A model generated the notes under the pieces. The model searched no databases, was not told the DNA's origin, and saw only the letters and a list, made by a program, of their open reading frames with translations. Both the position numbers and the translations under genes were made by a program. Shown in pieces: positions 49,029 through 58,018 of a stretch of 64,000 nt of DNA; the stretch's first letter is position 1, and each line of letters begins with the position of its first letter. The stretch is from a bacterium (GTDB lineage Bacteria; JADJOY01): NCBI GenBank assembly GCA_046331705.1, contig JAXLQJ010000006.1:1-64000 (forward strand), given 5' to 3'.

Positions 49029-49406
49029 TCAGTGGGTCGCGTCGTACTGCATGCCGGTCTGCACGGCTTCGATGGCCGCTTCGACGTGGTCGATCGCGTC
49101 CTTGCGATGGCCGCCCTTGTTGGTGTCGGCTTGCATCAGCTCGCTCCTCGCGTCGCGAAGATGATCGAGGGCGCTCGACATGCGCGGCTGACTGAAGCGA
49201 AACGCGTCGTCGGTGGGACCGGGCGCCGCGGGCGGGATGGCGCCGTAGCCCCCGGCGTCGCGATCGTCGCTCTCGAGCGCCGGCTCGTCGGGATCGCTGC
49301 TGCCCGGATCGAGGATGTCGACCCAGTCGGCCGCGGTGCAGCCGACCACGAACGCGGCAACGAGCACCGCGATCCGCGCGCGCCAAGGCGGGGGCTTCGA
49401 ACGCAT
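49029..49406 (-). CDS. Small lipoprotein, paralog of 48663-49016
   Basis: Lipobox FVVGC; QPRMSSALDHL..NKGGHRKDAIDHVEAAIEAVQTGM. Confidence 0.7.
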   Translation of the reverse strand: MRSKPPPWRARIAVLVAAFVVGCTAADWVDILDPGSSDPDEPALESDDRDAGGYGAIPPAAPGPTDDAFRFSQPRMSSALDHLRDARSELMQADTNKGGHRKDAIDHVEAAIEAVQTGMQYDATH

Positions 49407-49411
49407 CGGAG

Positions 49412-50881
49412 TCACCTCCGGGATCGTTGCGGCGCGCCCGTCCTCGCTCGGACGGGCGTGCGCTTCCGTGCGGGAGCATCGACTCGAGCCAGCAGCTCGT
49501 CGAAGGCCTCGGTGACGGCTCTCGCGAGCACGTTCAGGTCGTGCGCGACGTCGTAGTCGCCGATCAGGCCGATGCCGAGCTGGCCCGCGTAGCTGAGCGC
49601 CGCGATCCCGATGGCGACGTTCGGCCCGAGCGGCAGGAACGGCGCGATCTCGAGGAGCCGCGCCCCCGCGATGTAGAGGGGCTGCTGCGGCCCGGGCACG
49701 TTCGTCACCACCAGGTTGAGCACGCGCTGCGCCCACTGCATGCGCGCCACTTGTTGCAGGAGTGTCGCGGGCGGGCCGCCCGGCAGCCGCGTGAGCGTCT
49801 CCGCGGCGTCCGCCGCGAACGAGCGCTTGGCGGATTCCGTGCGGGAGCAGATGTCGCGGTAACGCGCCACGGGATCGGGCTCGCCGACCGGCAGCAAGGT
49901 GGCGATCGCCGAGACCCGGTTGCCGAGCGCGAGCTTGTCGCCGTCGCGGCGTACGTTCACGGGGATGCCGACGTGCAGGTTCACGCCGGCGACCTTCTCG
50001 CCCCGATGGGAGAGGTAGCGACGCATCGCGCCCGCCACCACGGCGAGCGCCACGTCGTTCACCGTGCCGCCGAGGGCGCTCTTCACGCGCTTCACGTCCT
50101 CGAGCGGCAGCGTCGCCCAATCGACTCGCCGGTGCGGGCCGATCGGGACGTTGAAGAAGGTCCTGGGAGCGAGCCCCTTGCCGACCCAGGTGCCGAGCCC
50201 CTCGAGATCCTGGCGCAGCCGCCGCGCGAGGTTCTCGGGGTTCACCAGCACCGCGCGCGCCTGCTCGAGCCAGCGTTGCGACAGCGCCGCGCCCTCGGCG
50301 AGCGCGTTGCCCACCAGCGAGCCGAGCTTGGGCGGCGGACGGGGCTTCCACGGCGCTGGCTTCGGCAGCGCCTTCGGCTTGGGCTCGAAGTCGAAGAGCA
50401 GCGTCGCGACCTCGATGCCCGACACGCCGTCCACCATGCAGTGATGGACCTTCCACACCAGCCCGATCTCGTCGTTCTCGAGCCCGTCGACCCAGTACAT
50501 CTCCCACAGCGGTCGCGAGCGGTCGAGGGTCTGCGAGAGGATGCGGCCCGCGAGCAGCTTGAGCTCGGCGGCGCCGCCGGGACGCGGCAAGCCGGTGAAG
50601 CGGACGTGATAGGCGATGTTGAAGTGCGGGTCGTCGACCCACATCGGGCGGCCCTGCGAGAACGGTGGCCACAGCACGCGCTGGCGAAAACGCGGGGTCT
50701 TCGCGAGACGGCTCGTGGTCAGCGCGAACAGGCGCTCGCGATCGATGGCGCCGTTGCGCTTGCGCAGCGGCGCGCCCTCGATGCGGCACACCATGCCCAC
50801 GTGCATCGGGCTCGCTACCGTCTCGACGTGCAGGAACATCGCGTCGAGCGAGCTCAAACGATCGGTGATGGGTTTGCTCAT
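49412..50881 (-). CDS. Wax ester synthase/diacylglycerol acyltransferase (WS/DGAT)
   Basis: LSSLDAMFL, PMHVG, LDRSRPLWE, catalytic HHCMVDG, GTVNDV, NLVVTNVPGP. Confidence 0.93.
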   Translation of the reverse strand: MSKPITDRLSSLDAMFLHVETVASPMHVGMVCRIEGAPLRKRNGAIDRERLFALTTSRLAKTPRFRQRVLWPPFSQGRPMWVDDPHFNIAYHVRFTGLPRPGGAAELKLLAGRILSQTLDRSRPLWEMYWVDGLENDEIGLVWKVHHCMVDGVSGIEVATLLFDFEPKPKALPKPAPWKPRPPPKLGSLVGNALAEGAALSQRWLEQARAVLVNPENLARRLRQDLEGLGTWVGKGLAPRTFFNVPIGPHRRVDWATLPLEDVKRVKSALGGTVNDVALAVVAGAMRRYLSHRGEKVAGVNLHVGIPVNVRRDGDKLALGNRVSAIATLLPVGEPDPVARYRDICSRTESAKRSFAADAAETLTRLPGGPPATLLQQVARMQWAQRVLNLVVTNVPGPQQPLYIAGARLLEIAPFLPLGPNVAIGIAALSYAGQLGIGLIGDYDVAHDLNVLARAVTEAFDELLARVDAPARKRTPVRARTGAPQRSRR

Positions 50882-50945
50882 CGAGTCCTCGCCGCCGCGA
50901 TGGTAGCGACGGTGCAGAGGCGTCACAAGGAGTGGCGCGGCGGGA

Positions 50946-53003
50946 TCACGGCACCAGCGACGGGCGGGACGGATCGGACACGTCGACGATCGTGAGGCCG
51001 GCCGAGCCGTCGGCAACGTACGCGTACCGTTCCGTGAGGGCCACGCCGTAGGCCTCGCCGCGCGTCTTCACGTGGCCGACCTTCCGCGGCGCGTCCGGGT
51101 CTCGGACGTCGACCAGGAAGAGCCCTTCGTCGTGAGCGGCGACCGCGGCGATGCCAGCGCGGACGTCGACGCCGAACTGGAAGCGTCCGAGCGAGACGTG
51201 GCCCCGGGGGCGGGGCGCGCTCGGGTTCGTGAGGTCGAGCACGTCGAGCCCACCGGTGTAGATGCTGAGATACGCGAGCGGGCCTTCGTGGGCGATGCCG
51301 ACGACCTTCTTCGGCCCCACCCACAGGATCGGCAGCGCCGACTCGGGTTGGGGCGCGGCGCGCGATTCCTGGTCGTGGGTCGCGGGGGGCTGCACGGGGT
51401 AATGCCCGGTGGGGTCGAGCACCTCGACGCCGCCCATGTAGTTCGACGCCAGCACCACGTCGCCGATCGACGCGAGGGTGAACGCGTATCCGCCGTTCAT
51501 CTTGTTGCCGGCGCGCACCGGCTTGTCGGTGTCCGTGCGCGTGAGATCGAGCTCGGCGAACTTGTACATGCCCTCGGCGGTGTAGGCGCGATCGCCCACG
51601 ACGCCCACGGCGAACGCGTGCTCGGGGGTGTCGAAGACCCGCACGATCCGCGGCGCCGCGGGGTCGCTCACCTCGAGCTCGACGAGCCCCATCTGCCCGG
51701 CGGCGACCAGCGCGCGCGCGCCGTCGACGCGGACGGCGTAGGCGTAGTCCGTGACCGGCACGTGCGCGAGCCGTCGGGGATGCGCCGGATCGGCGAGGTC
51801 GAGGATCTCGAGCCCCGCGGCGCCGTTGGCGAGATAGAGCCTCCCGTCCGCGACCGTGGCGCCGCGCGCCGTCGGCAGCACACGGGTGCGGCCCAAGAGC
51901 GCGGGCGCTTCGGGCCGCGAGACGTCGACCAGCGCGGCGCCCTGCGCCAAGAGCCCCACCACCACCCGCTCGCCCGCGAGCGCCAGCGTGTGGGCGGAAC
52001 CGAAGAGCGCGAGCGAGCCGAGCAGCCGAGGCGCCGCGGGATCGTGGACGTCGGCGATCGCGAGGCCGTACGGCTCCTGGGCCAGGAACACGCGCTCGCC
52101 GCGGACCCGCAGGTCCATGGTCTCGCCAGGCAGATCGAGGTGGCCGGTGATGCGCGGGTGGCGCGGATCGCTCAGGTCCGCGACCAGCAAGTCGCGGTCG
52201 ACGGACGCGAGATACGCGCGGCCGCCCTCGACCTCGATGGCGAGTGGCGGCGGGTCGATCGGCTCCCAGAGCGCCGCGTCCGCCGGCGGCGGGAGCGCGA
52301 CCTCGCTCACCAGGGTGGGCTGCGCGGGATCGCTCACGTCCACCACCAGGATCCCGCGCTTGCCGTCGGCGACGTAGGCGAGGTCGCCGACCACGGCGAC
52401 GTCGTTGGACCAAGGAGTGTCGCGGAACGTGCCCACCAGACGCGGGCTCCGGCGATCCGAAACGTCGAAGATCCGCACGCCGCGATCGCGCTCGGTGGTG
52501 TAGAGGCGATCGCCGGCCAGCGCGAGGCCGAAGCTGTAGCCGGCGCTCGGCAGCTTGGTGACACGCTCCGGGCGGGTGGGGTCGGAGACGTCGACCACCA
52601 CCAGGCCGGCGTCGCCGGCGCCGACGTAGAGCACGTCGCCGTCGAGGACCATGCCGTGGACGATGCCGCCCAGCGCGAGCTGGCCGGTGGTGCGGATGCT
52701 CGCGGGATCCGAGAGATCGAGGACCTCGAGGTGGGTCGCGACGCCGGCGTAGGCGCGATCGCCTCCCGCCTCCAGCCAGATCACCGGCGTTCCCCAATAA
52801 CCGAGCAATGGCCCGTGGTAGCCGAGCGCGCGCATGAACACTTGCTTGCCTGCGCCGATCGCGCCCGCTTCGAGGCTGCCATGCCCGTACGCCAGGAGGC
52901 CGAGCGCCAGCGCGCCCACGAGCACCAGCAGGCCGCCGAGAGCCCGCGCCAGCGCCACGAGGCAGCCGCCGAGCCGCGAGCGTTGCTTCGTCGGATCGCT
53001 CAC
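50946..53003 (-). CDS. Membrane-anchored LVIVD-repeat (beta-propeller) protein
   Basis: N-terminal TM; many AYVADG..GL.VVDVSDP..P repeats; GTG start overlaps the stop of the upstream cytochrome. Confidence 0.88.
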   Translation of the reverse strand: MSDPTKQRSRLGGCLVALARALGGLLVLVGALALGLLAYGHGSLEAGAIGAGKQVFMRALGYHGPLLGYWGTPVIWLEAGGDRAYAGVATHLEVLDLSDPASIRTTGQLALGGIVHGMVLDGDVLYVGAGDAGLVVVDVSDPTRPERVTKLPSAGYSFGLALAGDRLYTTERDRGVRIFDVSDRRSPRLVGTFRDTPWSNDVAVVGDLAYVADGKRGILVVDVSDPAQPTLVSEVALPPPADAALWEPIDPPPLAIEVEGGRAYLASVDRDLLVADLSDPRHPRITGHLDLPGETMDLRVRGERVFLAQEPYGLAIADVHDPAAPRLLGSLALFGSAHTLALAGERVVVGLLAQGAALVDVSRPEAPALLGRTRVLPTARGATVADGRLYLANGAAGLEILDLADPAHPRRLAHVPVTDYAYAVRVDGARALVAAGQMGLVELEVSDPAAPRIVRVFDTPEHAFAVGVVGDRAYTAEGMYKFAELDLTRTDTDKPVRAGNKMNGGYAFTLASIGDVVLASNYMGGVEVLDPTGHYPVQPPATHDQESRAAPQPESALPILWVGPKKVVGIAHEGPLAYLSIYTGGLDVLDLTNPSAPRPRGHVSLGRFQFGVDVRAGIAAVAAHDEGLFLVDVRDPDAPRKVGHVKTRGEAYGVALTERYAYVADGSAGLTIVDVSDPSRPSLVP

Positions 53004-55291
53004 GAGCCCTCGCTCGCGCACGGCTGCCCCGGCGCGGTGATGGTGCAATCCGCCACGGCGAGCACCGTGACCGGCATCGAGCGCGCGCCGGCGCCGTAGA
53101 CGTGGTCCATGAACTCCTGGCGGGCGCGGCGATAGCGAAGCTCGGCGCGTAAGTGCAGCGGATAGCTGGCGGTGGCGGGTGCCTCGACGGTGTATTCCTC
53201 ACGGTGCGGCTTGCCGGGCGCGAGCAAGCGCACGTCCTCGATCGCCGTGATCGTCGCGATGTCGTGGTGCTCGAGCGGTTGGCCATCGGCGCCGAGCAAG
53301 CGCGCTCCGAAGCGGCGAGCCGCGGGATCGACGTGGCCGGAAGCGTCGATGGCGCCCGACTCGAACCATCGCGCGCCGTCGCTCTCGGCGCTGACGTGGA
53401 GCCACGCCTCGTTGAGGTCGAGCGAGCCGAGGGGGAAGGGATGCCCACCGCGGGAGTTGGTCGCGGTCACCGCCAGCGAAGTGGCGTCGCTCGAGGTCAA
53501 CCACTCGATCGCGAGGGTGAACGCCGGCCGATCGGCCTTGATGCCGAGACCGCCGGTCTGCGGCGTGGTGCCGGCGAGCCAGTCGCGGAGCTTGGCATCG
53601 CCGTCGCGCGCCGATTCGAGCTGACCCACGTGGGCGTCCACTGGCACCATCTCCGCCCACGCGGTGTTGATGCCGAACATGTGGTGATTGGGGAAGCGCA
53701 CGCCCGCGCGGTTCTCGGTGTCCTCGGGCATGTGGCAGGCCTTGCACTGCTCCTCGACGATGCCGAAGCCCGGCGCGCCGTCGAACGGATTCGGCAGCAC
53801 GAGCTTGGTCTCGTTGGGCAGCTCGACGCGGTGGCAAGACGCGCAGAATTCCCGCGAGCCGAAGAGCACCGAGTTGGAGAAACCTTTCAGGTGCAGCCGC
53901 AGGTCGTCGCGAATGGCGCCGTGGGGAGGAGGCACGTAATCACCGTTCGGGTTCGCGAGCCCGGGGATTCGCTCTTCCTCGCGGAGCAGGAACCGCCCGT
54001 TGCGCGGCGGCTTCTCGACCTCGTGGGTGAGGTGGCACGACTTGCAGGTGACGCCCCAGTCGTTGGACATGAGCGCCGCGCTGGTGGCGAGACGGCGATC
54101 GGCCAGCGCGGAAAGCACGGGCTGATGGCACGACTGGCAGAAGGCGGTCTCGTCGAGGCGCTCCTGGCGCACCAGCTCGCCGAGCACCTGACGGTAGAAC
54201 GGGTTGTTGCCGGCCAGCGCGTGCGCCGAGCCGATCCATTGATCGAAGAGCACGTCGTGGCAGCCGCGGCAGCTGCGCACGTCGTTCATCTCGTCGATCC
54301 ACCACGCGTGCGGCGGGCTCGTCCGGGCATCGCCGCGCATGGTGCCGGTGGCGAAGAGCCGCTGATTGCGATAGCCGGCGAGCTCGCCGGCGTGGGTCTT
54401 CCGATCGGCCACCACCAGCGTGTACGCCGCGAACGGGATGCCCACCGCCGCGACCGCGATGCGCGCCGGCCACGGGAAGCTGGTGGGCGTGCGGCGCACG
54501 TGGTTCAGGAAGAGGAAGGCCACCAGCGGCAGCCCGAAGAGCGCGGCCAGCCCGTGCAGGTGGTAGTAGTAGTTGCCGAAGTTGTTGGCGATCGCGACGT
54601 TCACGGCGGGCACCAGGTAGAAGCCGGACGCCAGCACGATCAGCAGATACGTGTTGAGGATCAGCCCGCCGCGCGACTTGCCTTCCTCGGTGCGTCGATC
54701 GAGACGCCGCAAGTAGGCGGCCGAGGCGAAGATCGTGATCGTCGCAGTCCACAGCACGGGCTTGGGGAGCTTCGAGTCGACGTTCACGAACAGCAGCACC
54801 AACACCAGGGCCACGGTGAACGCGGCGTGGATCGCCAGGTTGAGCCAGCCGGCGTTGCGCCGCACGTGCCACGCCAGATACGCGAGGTACGCGGCGGCGA
54901 AGCCCAGACCGACGTCGCGGTGCAGGCGCACCAGCGGGAAGTACCAATCCGGCCAGCGGTACTGCGTCGCGAGCACCAGACCCGAGACCAGCAACAGCGC
55001 GAACCCCAGCAGCACCGCGACGCTCACCGGTCGGATGGTGCTCGGGCGAACCTCGCTCGTGGTGGCGGCGGCGCGGGCGCGCGCTCGCATCGCGCGACGG
55101 ATCAGATCCGCGGTGCCGAACGGCCCCAGCAGCACGTACCCGAGGGTGCGCAGCGGCTTCGCGAAGAAACCCTGCGGCGCGACGATGATGCTGACGACGA
55201 CCGAGAGCGGCCAGACGAAGTAGAACGCGTACTCCACCTCGTGGAGCAGGATCGCGTTTCGTTCGCCGAGGAGATCGCTGAAGAGGCTCAT
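53000..55291 (-). CDS. Membrane-bound multiheme cytochrome c (5 CxxCH)
   Basis: N-terminal multi-TM region; CRGCH, CQSCH, CKSCH, CASCH, CKACH; NHHMFG; GHPFP..EAWLHV. Confidence 0.85.
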   Translation of the reverse strand: MSLFSDLLGERNAILLHEVEYAFYFVWPLSVVVSIIVAPQGFFAKPLRTLGYVLLGPFGTADLIRRAMRARARAAATTSEVRPSTIRPVSVAVLLGFALLLVSGLVLATQYRWPDWYFPLVRLHRDVGLGFAAAYLAYLAWHVRRNAGWLNLAIHAAFTVALVLVLLFVNVDSKLPKPVLWTATITIFASAAYLRRLDRRTEEGKSRGGLILNTYLLIVLASGFYLVPAVNVAIANNFGNYYYHLHGLAALFGLPLVAFLFLNHVRRTPTSFPWPARIAVAAVGIPFAAYTLVVADRKTHAGELAGYRNQRLFATGTMRGDARTSPPHAWWIDEMNDVRSCRGCHDVLFDQWIGSAHALAGNNPFYRQVLGELVRQERLDETAFCQSCHQPVLSALADRRLATSAALMSNDWGVTCKSCHLTHEVEKPPRNGRFLLREEERIPGLANPNGDYVPPPHGAIRDDLRLHLKGFSNSVLFGSREFCASCHRVELPNETKLVLPNPFDGAPGFGIVEEQCKACHMPEDTENRAGVRFPNHHMFGINTAWAEMVPVDAHVGQLESARDGDAKLRDWLAGTTPQTGGLGIKADRPAFTLAIEWLTSSDATSLAVTATNSRGGHPFPLGSLDLNEAWLHVSAESDGARWFESGAIDASGHVDPAARRFGARLLGADGQPLEHHDIATITAIEDVRLLAPGKPHREEYTVEAPATASYPLHLRAELRYRRARQEFMDHVYGAGARSMPVTVLAVADCTITAPGQPCASEGS

Positions 55292-55388
55292 TCACCCGTG
55301 TGTGGGGGCGCGGCTCGGCAATGTGTCACAGCCGCGGGGCTGCGGGCCACGGCGTGAATCTGCTCCGGGAAATTCGCACGCACGCGCA

Positions 55389-55418
55389 TTGACACCGCGA
55401 AACCCGCTGGGGTAACGT
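55389..55418 (+). promoter_or_regulatory. sigma70-like promoter of the small ORF
   Basis: TTGACA-N18-TAACGT. Confidence 0.6.
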
Positions 55419-55447
55419 CCGTTCAGCCCCCTCGAAGGAGGAAGACG

Positions 55448-55507
55448 ATGTCGAGCTGGAGACCTGCACCGCCTGTCAAGCCGCCCAAGCCCAGCAACCC
55501 GAAGTAA
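55448..55507 (+). CDS. 19-aa Pro/Lys-rich small peptide MSSWRPAPPVKPPKPSNPK
   Basis: Strong RBS AAGGAGGA just upstream of the ATG, a consensus promoter and a downstream terminator; below the ORF-track cut-off. Confidence 0.55.
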   Translation: MSSWRPAPPVKPPKPSNPK

Positions 55508-55581
55508 CGCCGTGCTCGCAGCACCTCAGCAAGCAGCATCGCAGTAGCAAGCAGTCACAAAGCGTACACGGCTCGAGCGGC

Positions 55582-55636
55582 AACGATCCGAGCCGGATGA
55601 CGATCGAAAGGTCGGCATCCGGCTCGGATCGTTTTT
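55582..55636 (+). terminator. Long intrinsic terminator hairpin
   Basis: 18-bp perfect stem AACGATCCGAGCCGGATG / CATCCGGCTCGGATCGTT, inner stem capped by a GAAA tetraloop, ending in a T run. Confidence 0.8.
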
Positions 55637-55656
55637 GGGGGCGCAACGAACGCGCC

Positions 55657-57981
55657 TCACGCGATCGTCGGACGCGGCTCCGCCGCGTCGTCGGTGCTGA
55701 AGCCCGCGAGCGGTGCGCGTTCCGGCAAGAGCCGCAGCGCCCCCGCGCCGAGCAGCGCCGCCAGCGCAGCCGCCACGATCGAAAGCCACTGGAACCCCAA
55801 CAGGAACACCAGTGTCTGGAAGAGCGTGAGCCCCATCACCGCGCCGAGCTGAGTGAAGCCCCACGCCTGCGCGCGAGCGTCGCCGCGCAGCGAGCCCAGT
55901 CCCGTCACGAACAGCGTCGCGACACCCGCGCCGAGGAGCAGCGAGGCGAGCGCCATCGCCGCGAGCGAGGAGTCGAGCACCAGGCTGAGCACCAGCCCGG
56001 ATGCCGCGGAGAGCGCGGCAGCGCCCATCGCCGCGCGGCGCGCCAGCACCGATGCGTCCCCGAGGCGCAGCGCGCACGGGACGAGATAGCCGGCCACGAA
56101 GATGGGCCACAGTAGCGCCGCGCCCATCGGCACGCCGGCGGCACTCGCCCGCGACAGGCGGCCGACCACCAGCGTCTCGAGCAGCCCGGCGAGCACGCCG
56201 ATACCGAGAAAGAGCGTGGGGGCGCCGAGGAGCCGTCGGGTGCCGACCACGCGCGTCAGCGCATCGGCGTGACGCCGTAGCCGCCACGCGAGCATGCCGA
56301 AGAGCGCGAGCAACGGCACCGGCATGGCCGCGTAGGAGATGCTCAAGCCCCATTGCAGGAACGGCCGATCGTCGGTGTCGACCGGAGTCATCTTGGCGGG
56401 ATCGACCGCCACGGCGCGCGAGCGCTCGCGGTCCATGCCGAGCGCCTCGATCCGCGTGGCCATCGTCTCCACCGCGGGGTCCGGCGACACGAACATGAAG
56501 AAGAGCGGCAGCCCCGACATCGGCAAGTTGGAGAGCGTGGTCCAGAACGCCGACGCGTGGGCGCCGTCGGGCAGGTTCGACCAAGCGTCGTAGAGCTCGA
56601 CTTCCTGCGAGCTGCCCCAGTCGATCACCAGCACGCCGCCCGGGTTCAGCAATCCGAGCATGTCGCGGACGGTGTCGCGGTCGAAGAGATAGTCCTCCTG
56701 CGGGATCTGGGTACGCGGGTGGAGATAGAGACGGATCATCTGCCCGTTGAGGAAGATGATGTCGTATCTCTCCTTTTCCTCGTGGATGAGTCGCTTGAGG
56801 TCGCCGGCGACGGCGACGTGCCCCGGCTTCTTCCAGCGATCGTTGAAGTAGCGTGAGTACGGGCCGGTCACCTGCTCGACCACCGTGCGGTCGTACTCCA
56901 TCGATTTCGAACGCTCGAGCGGCCCGTGCCAGCGCTCGATCAGCGACAGGTACATGCTGTCGGTGCGGCCGATGGCGAGGGCGCTCTTGCGCCCCTCGCC
57001 GGCGACGCGGAACACGGTGCTGATCTCGCGTGGCAGCCGCTCCGGGTCCTGGCAGTGGTACCAGAGCATGAGGTTGTCGTAGATGCCGCCCATGCACGAG
57101 TCGGCACCGAAGCTCGCGAAGTCGAGCTTGTAGTAGGGCGTCCAGTGCTGGCTTCGGATCTTGTAGTCGGCGAGCCGCCACGCGAAGGGCGCGGGCGTGA
57201 TGCGCTCGGACCAGAGCCCGATGGCCACCAGCGCCACGGCGCCGATCGGCACCAGCACGCGCCGCCGGGCCACCAGCGCCACGATCGTCAGGATCGACCA
57301 CGCCACCATGGTGCGGTACGGGTTCACGAGCTGGTGCGCGAAGTACGAGGTGATGCCTCCCGTCGCGAGCCCCGCGGCCAGCGCAGCCAACGTCGCGTGG
57401 ATGCGCGCCGTGCCGCGTACCAACGTGGCGATGCGGCCGCCGAGGATGCCGGCGAGCATGCCGCTCGCGATCCACGCCAGCGTCATTCCCACGGCGCGCG
57501 CCAGGTAATGCGTGGGCTTGGGGTACGGGTAGTACTGGTTGGTGAGCAGGTAGTGGACCGAGACGTTGCGAATGCCGCACATGCCCGCGGCAAGCGTGAT
57601 CGCCAGCGCCGCCACCGCCACGTCGAGCGCCAACGACCGCTCGCCGGCCACGCGTCCCAGCAAGAACGCGCCGAGCAGGCCGGTGCCGTAGCAGAGCACC
57701 ACGATCGTGAAGCGCACGACGAAATCGTTGGTGCCCTTCCAGACGCCGAGGGTGCCGATCAGCGCCACGATCGCGACGCCGATCCACAGCGAGCCCTTGA
57801 GCGCCGGTCGGGTGGCTGCGGCGAGCGCGCCGACGCCGATTCCCGCGAGCGTCAGCGTCAGGAAGAGGGTGCCGAAGAGATTGATGGGGAAGGAGACGTA
57901 GAGAAACCGCTCGAATCCCTGGATGAGCGTCTGCAGCAGGAAGCCGAGCACCAACCCCAGCCCCACGTGTCTGGCGTTCAC
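55657..57981 (-). CDS. Multi-TM protein with a central spermidine-synthase-like/class I SAM-fold domain (degenerate)
   Basis: TM blocks on both sides; WTPYYKL, MEYDRTVVE, GDLKRLI..YDIIFL, EDYLF..LNPGGVL, TDDRPFL. Confidence 0.75.
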   Translation of the reverse strand: MNARHVGLGLVLGFLLQTLIQGFERFLYVSFPINLFGTLFLTLTLAGIGVGALAAATRPALKGSLWIGVAIVALIGTLGVWKGTNDFVVRFTIVVLCYGTGLLGAFLLGRVAGERSLALDVAVAALAITLAAGMCGIRNVSVHYLLTNQYYPYPKPTHYLARAVGMTLAWIASGMLAGILGGRIATLVRGTARIHATLAALAAGLATGGITSYFAHQLVNPYRTMVAWSILTIVALVARRRVLVPIGAVALVAIGLWSERITPAPFAWRLADYKIRSQHWTPYYKLDFASFGADSCMGGIYDNLMLWYHCQDPERLPREISTVFRVAGEGRKSALAIGRTDSMYLSLIERWHGPLERSKSMEYDRTVVEQVTGPYSRYFNDRWKKPGHVAVAGDLKRLIHEEKERYDIIFLNGQMIRLYLHPRTQIPQEDYLFDRDTVRDMLGLLNPGGVLVIDWGSSQEVELYDAWSNLPDGAHASAFWTTLSNLPMSGLPLFFMFVSPDPAVETMATRIEALGMDRERSRAVAVDPAKMTPVDTDDRPFLQWGLSISYAAMPVPLLALFGMLAWRLRRHADALTRVVGTRRLLGAPTLFLGIGVLAGLLETLVVGRLSRASAAGVPMGAALLWPIFVAGYLVPCALRLGDASVLARRAAMGAAALSAASGLVLSLVLDSSLAAMALASLLLGAGVATLFVTGLGSLRGDARAQAWGFTQLGAVMGLTLFQTLVFLLGFQWLSIVAAALAALLGAGALRLLPERAPLAGFSTDDAAEPRPTIA

Positions 57982-58018
57982 GATTCGGTCTCCCTTCGGA
58001 TCACGGGGCGCACGCTTC

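Noticed and set aside
55315-55329. TCGGC-AATGT-GTCAC upstream of the multiheme gene as a RegA-type box
   Set aside because: Several mismatches and far from the copper cluster; chance match plausible.
55508-55565. AGCA-like repeats as a CRISPR or tandem array; reverse-strand Cys-rich mini-peptide (VTACYCDAAC)
   Set aside because: Repeats are short and irregular with no spacers or cas genes, and the reverse reading has no RBS.
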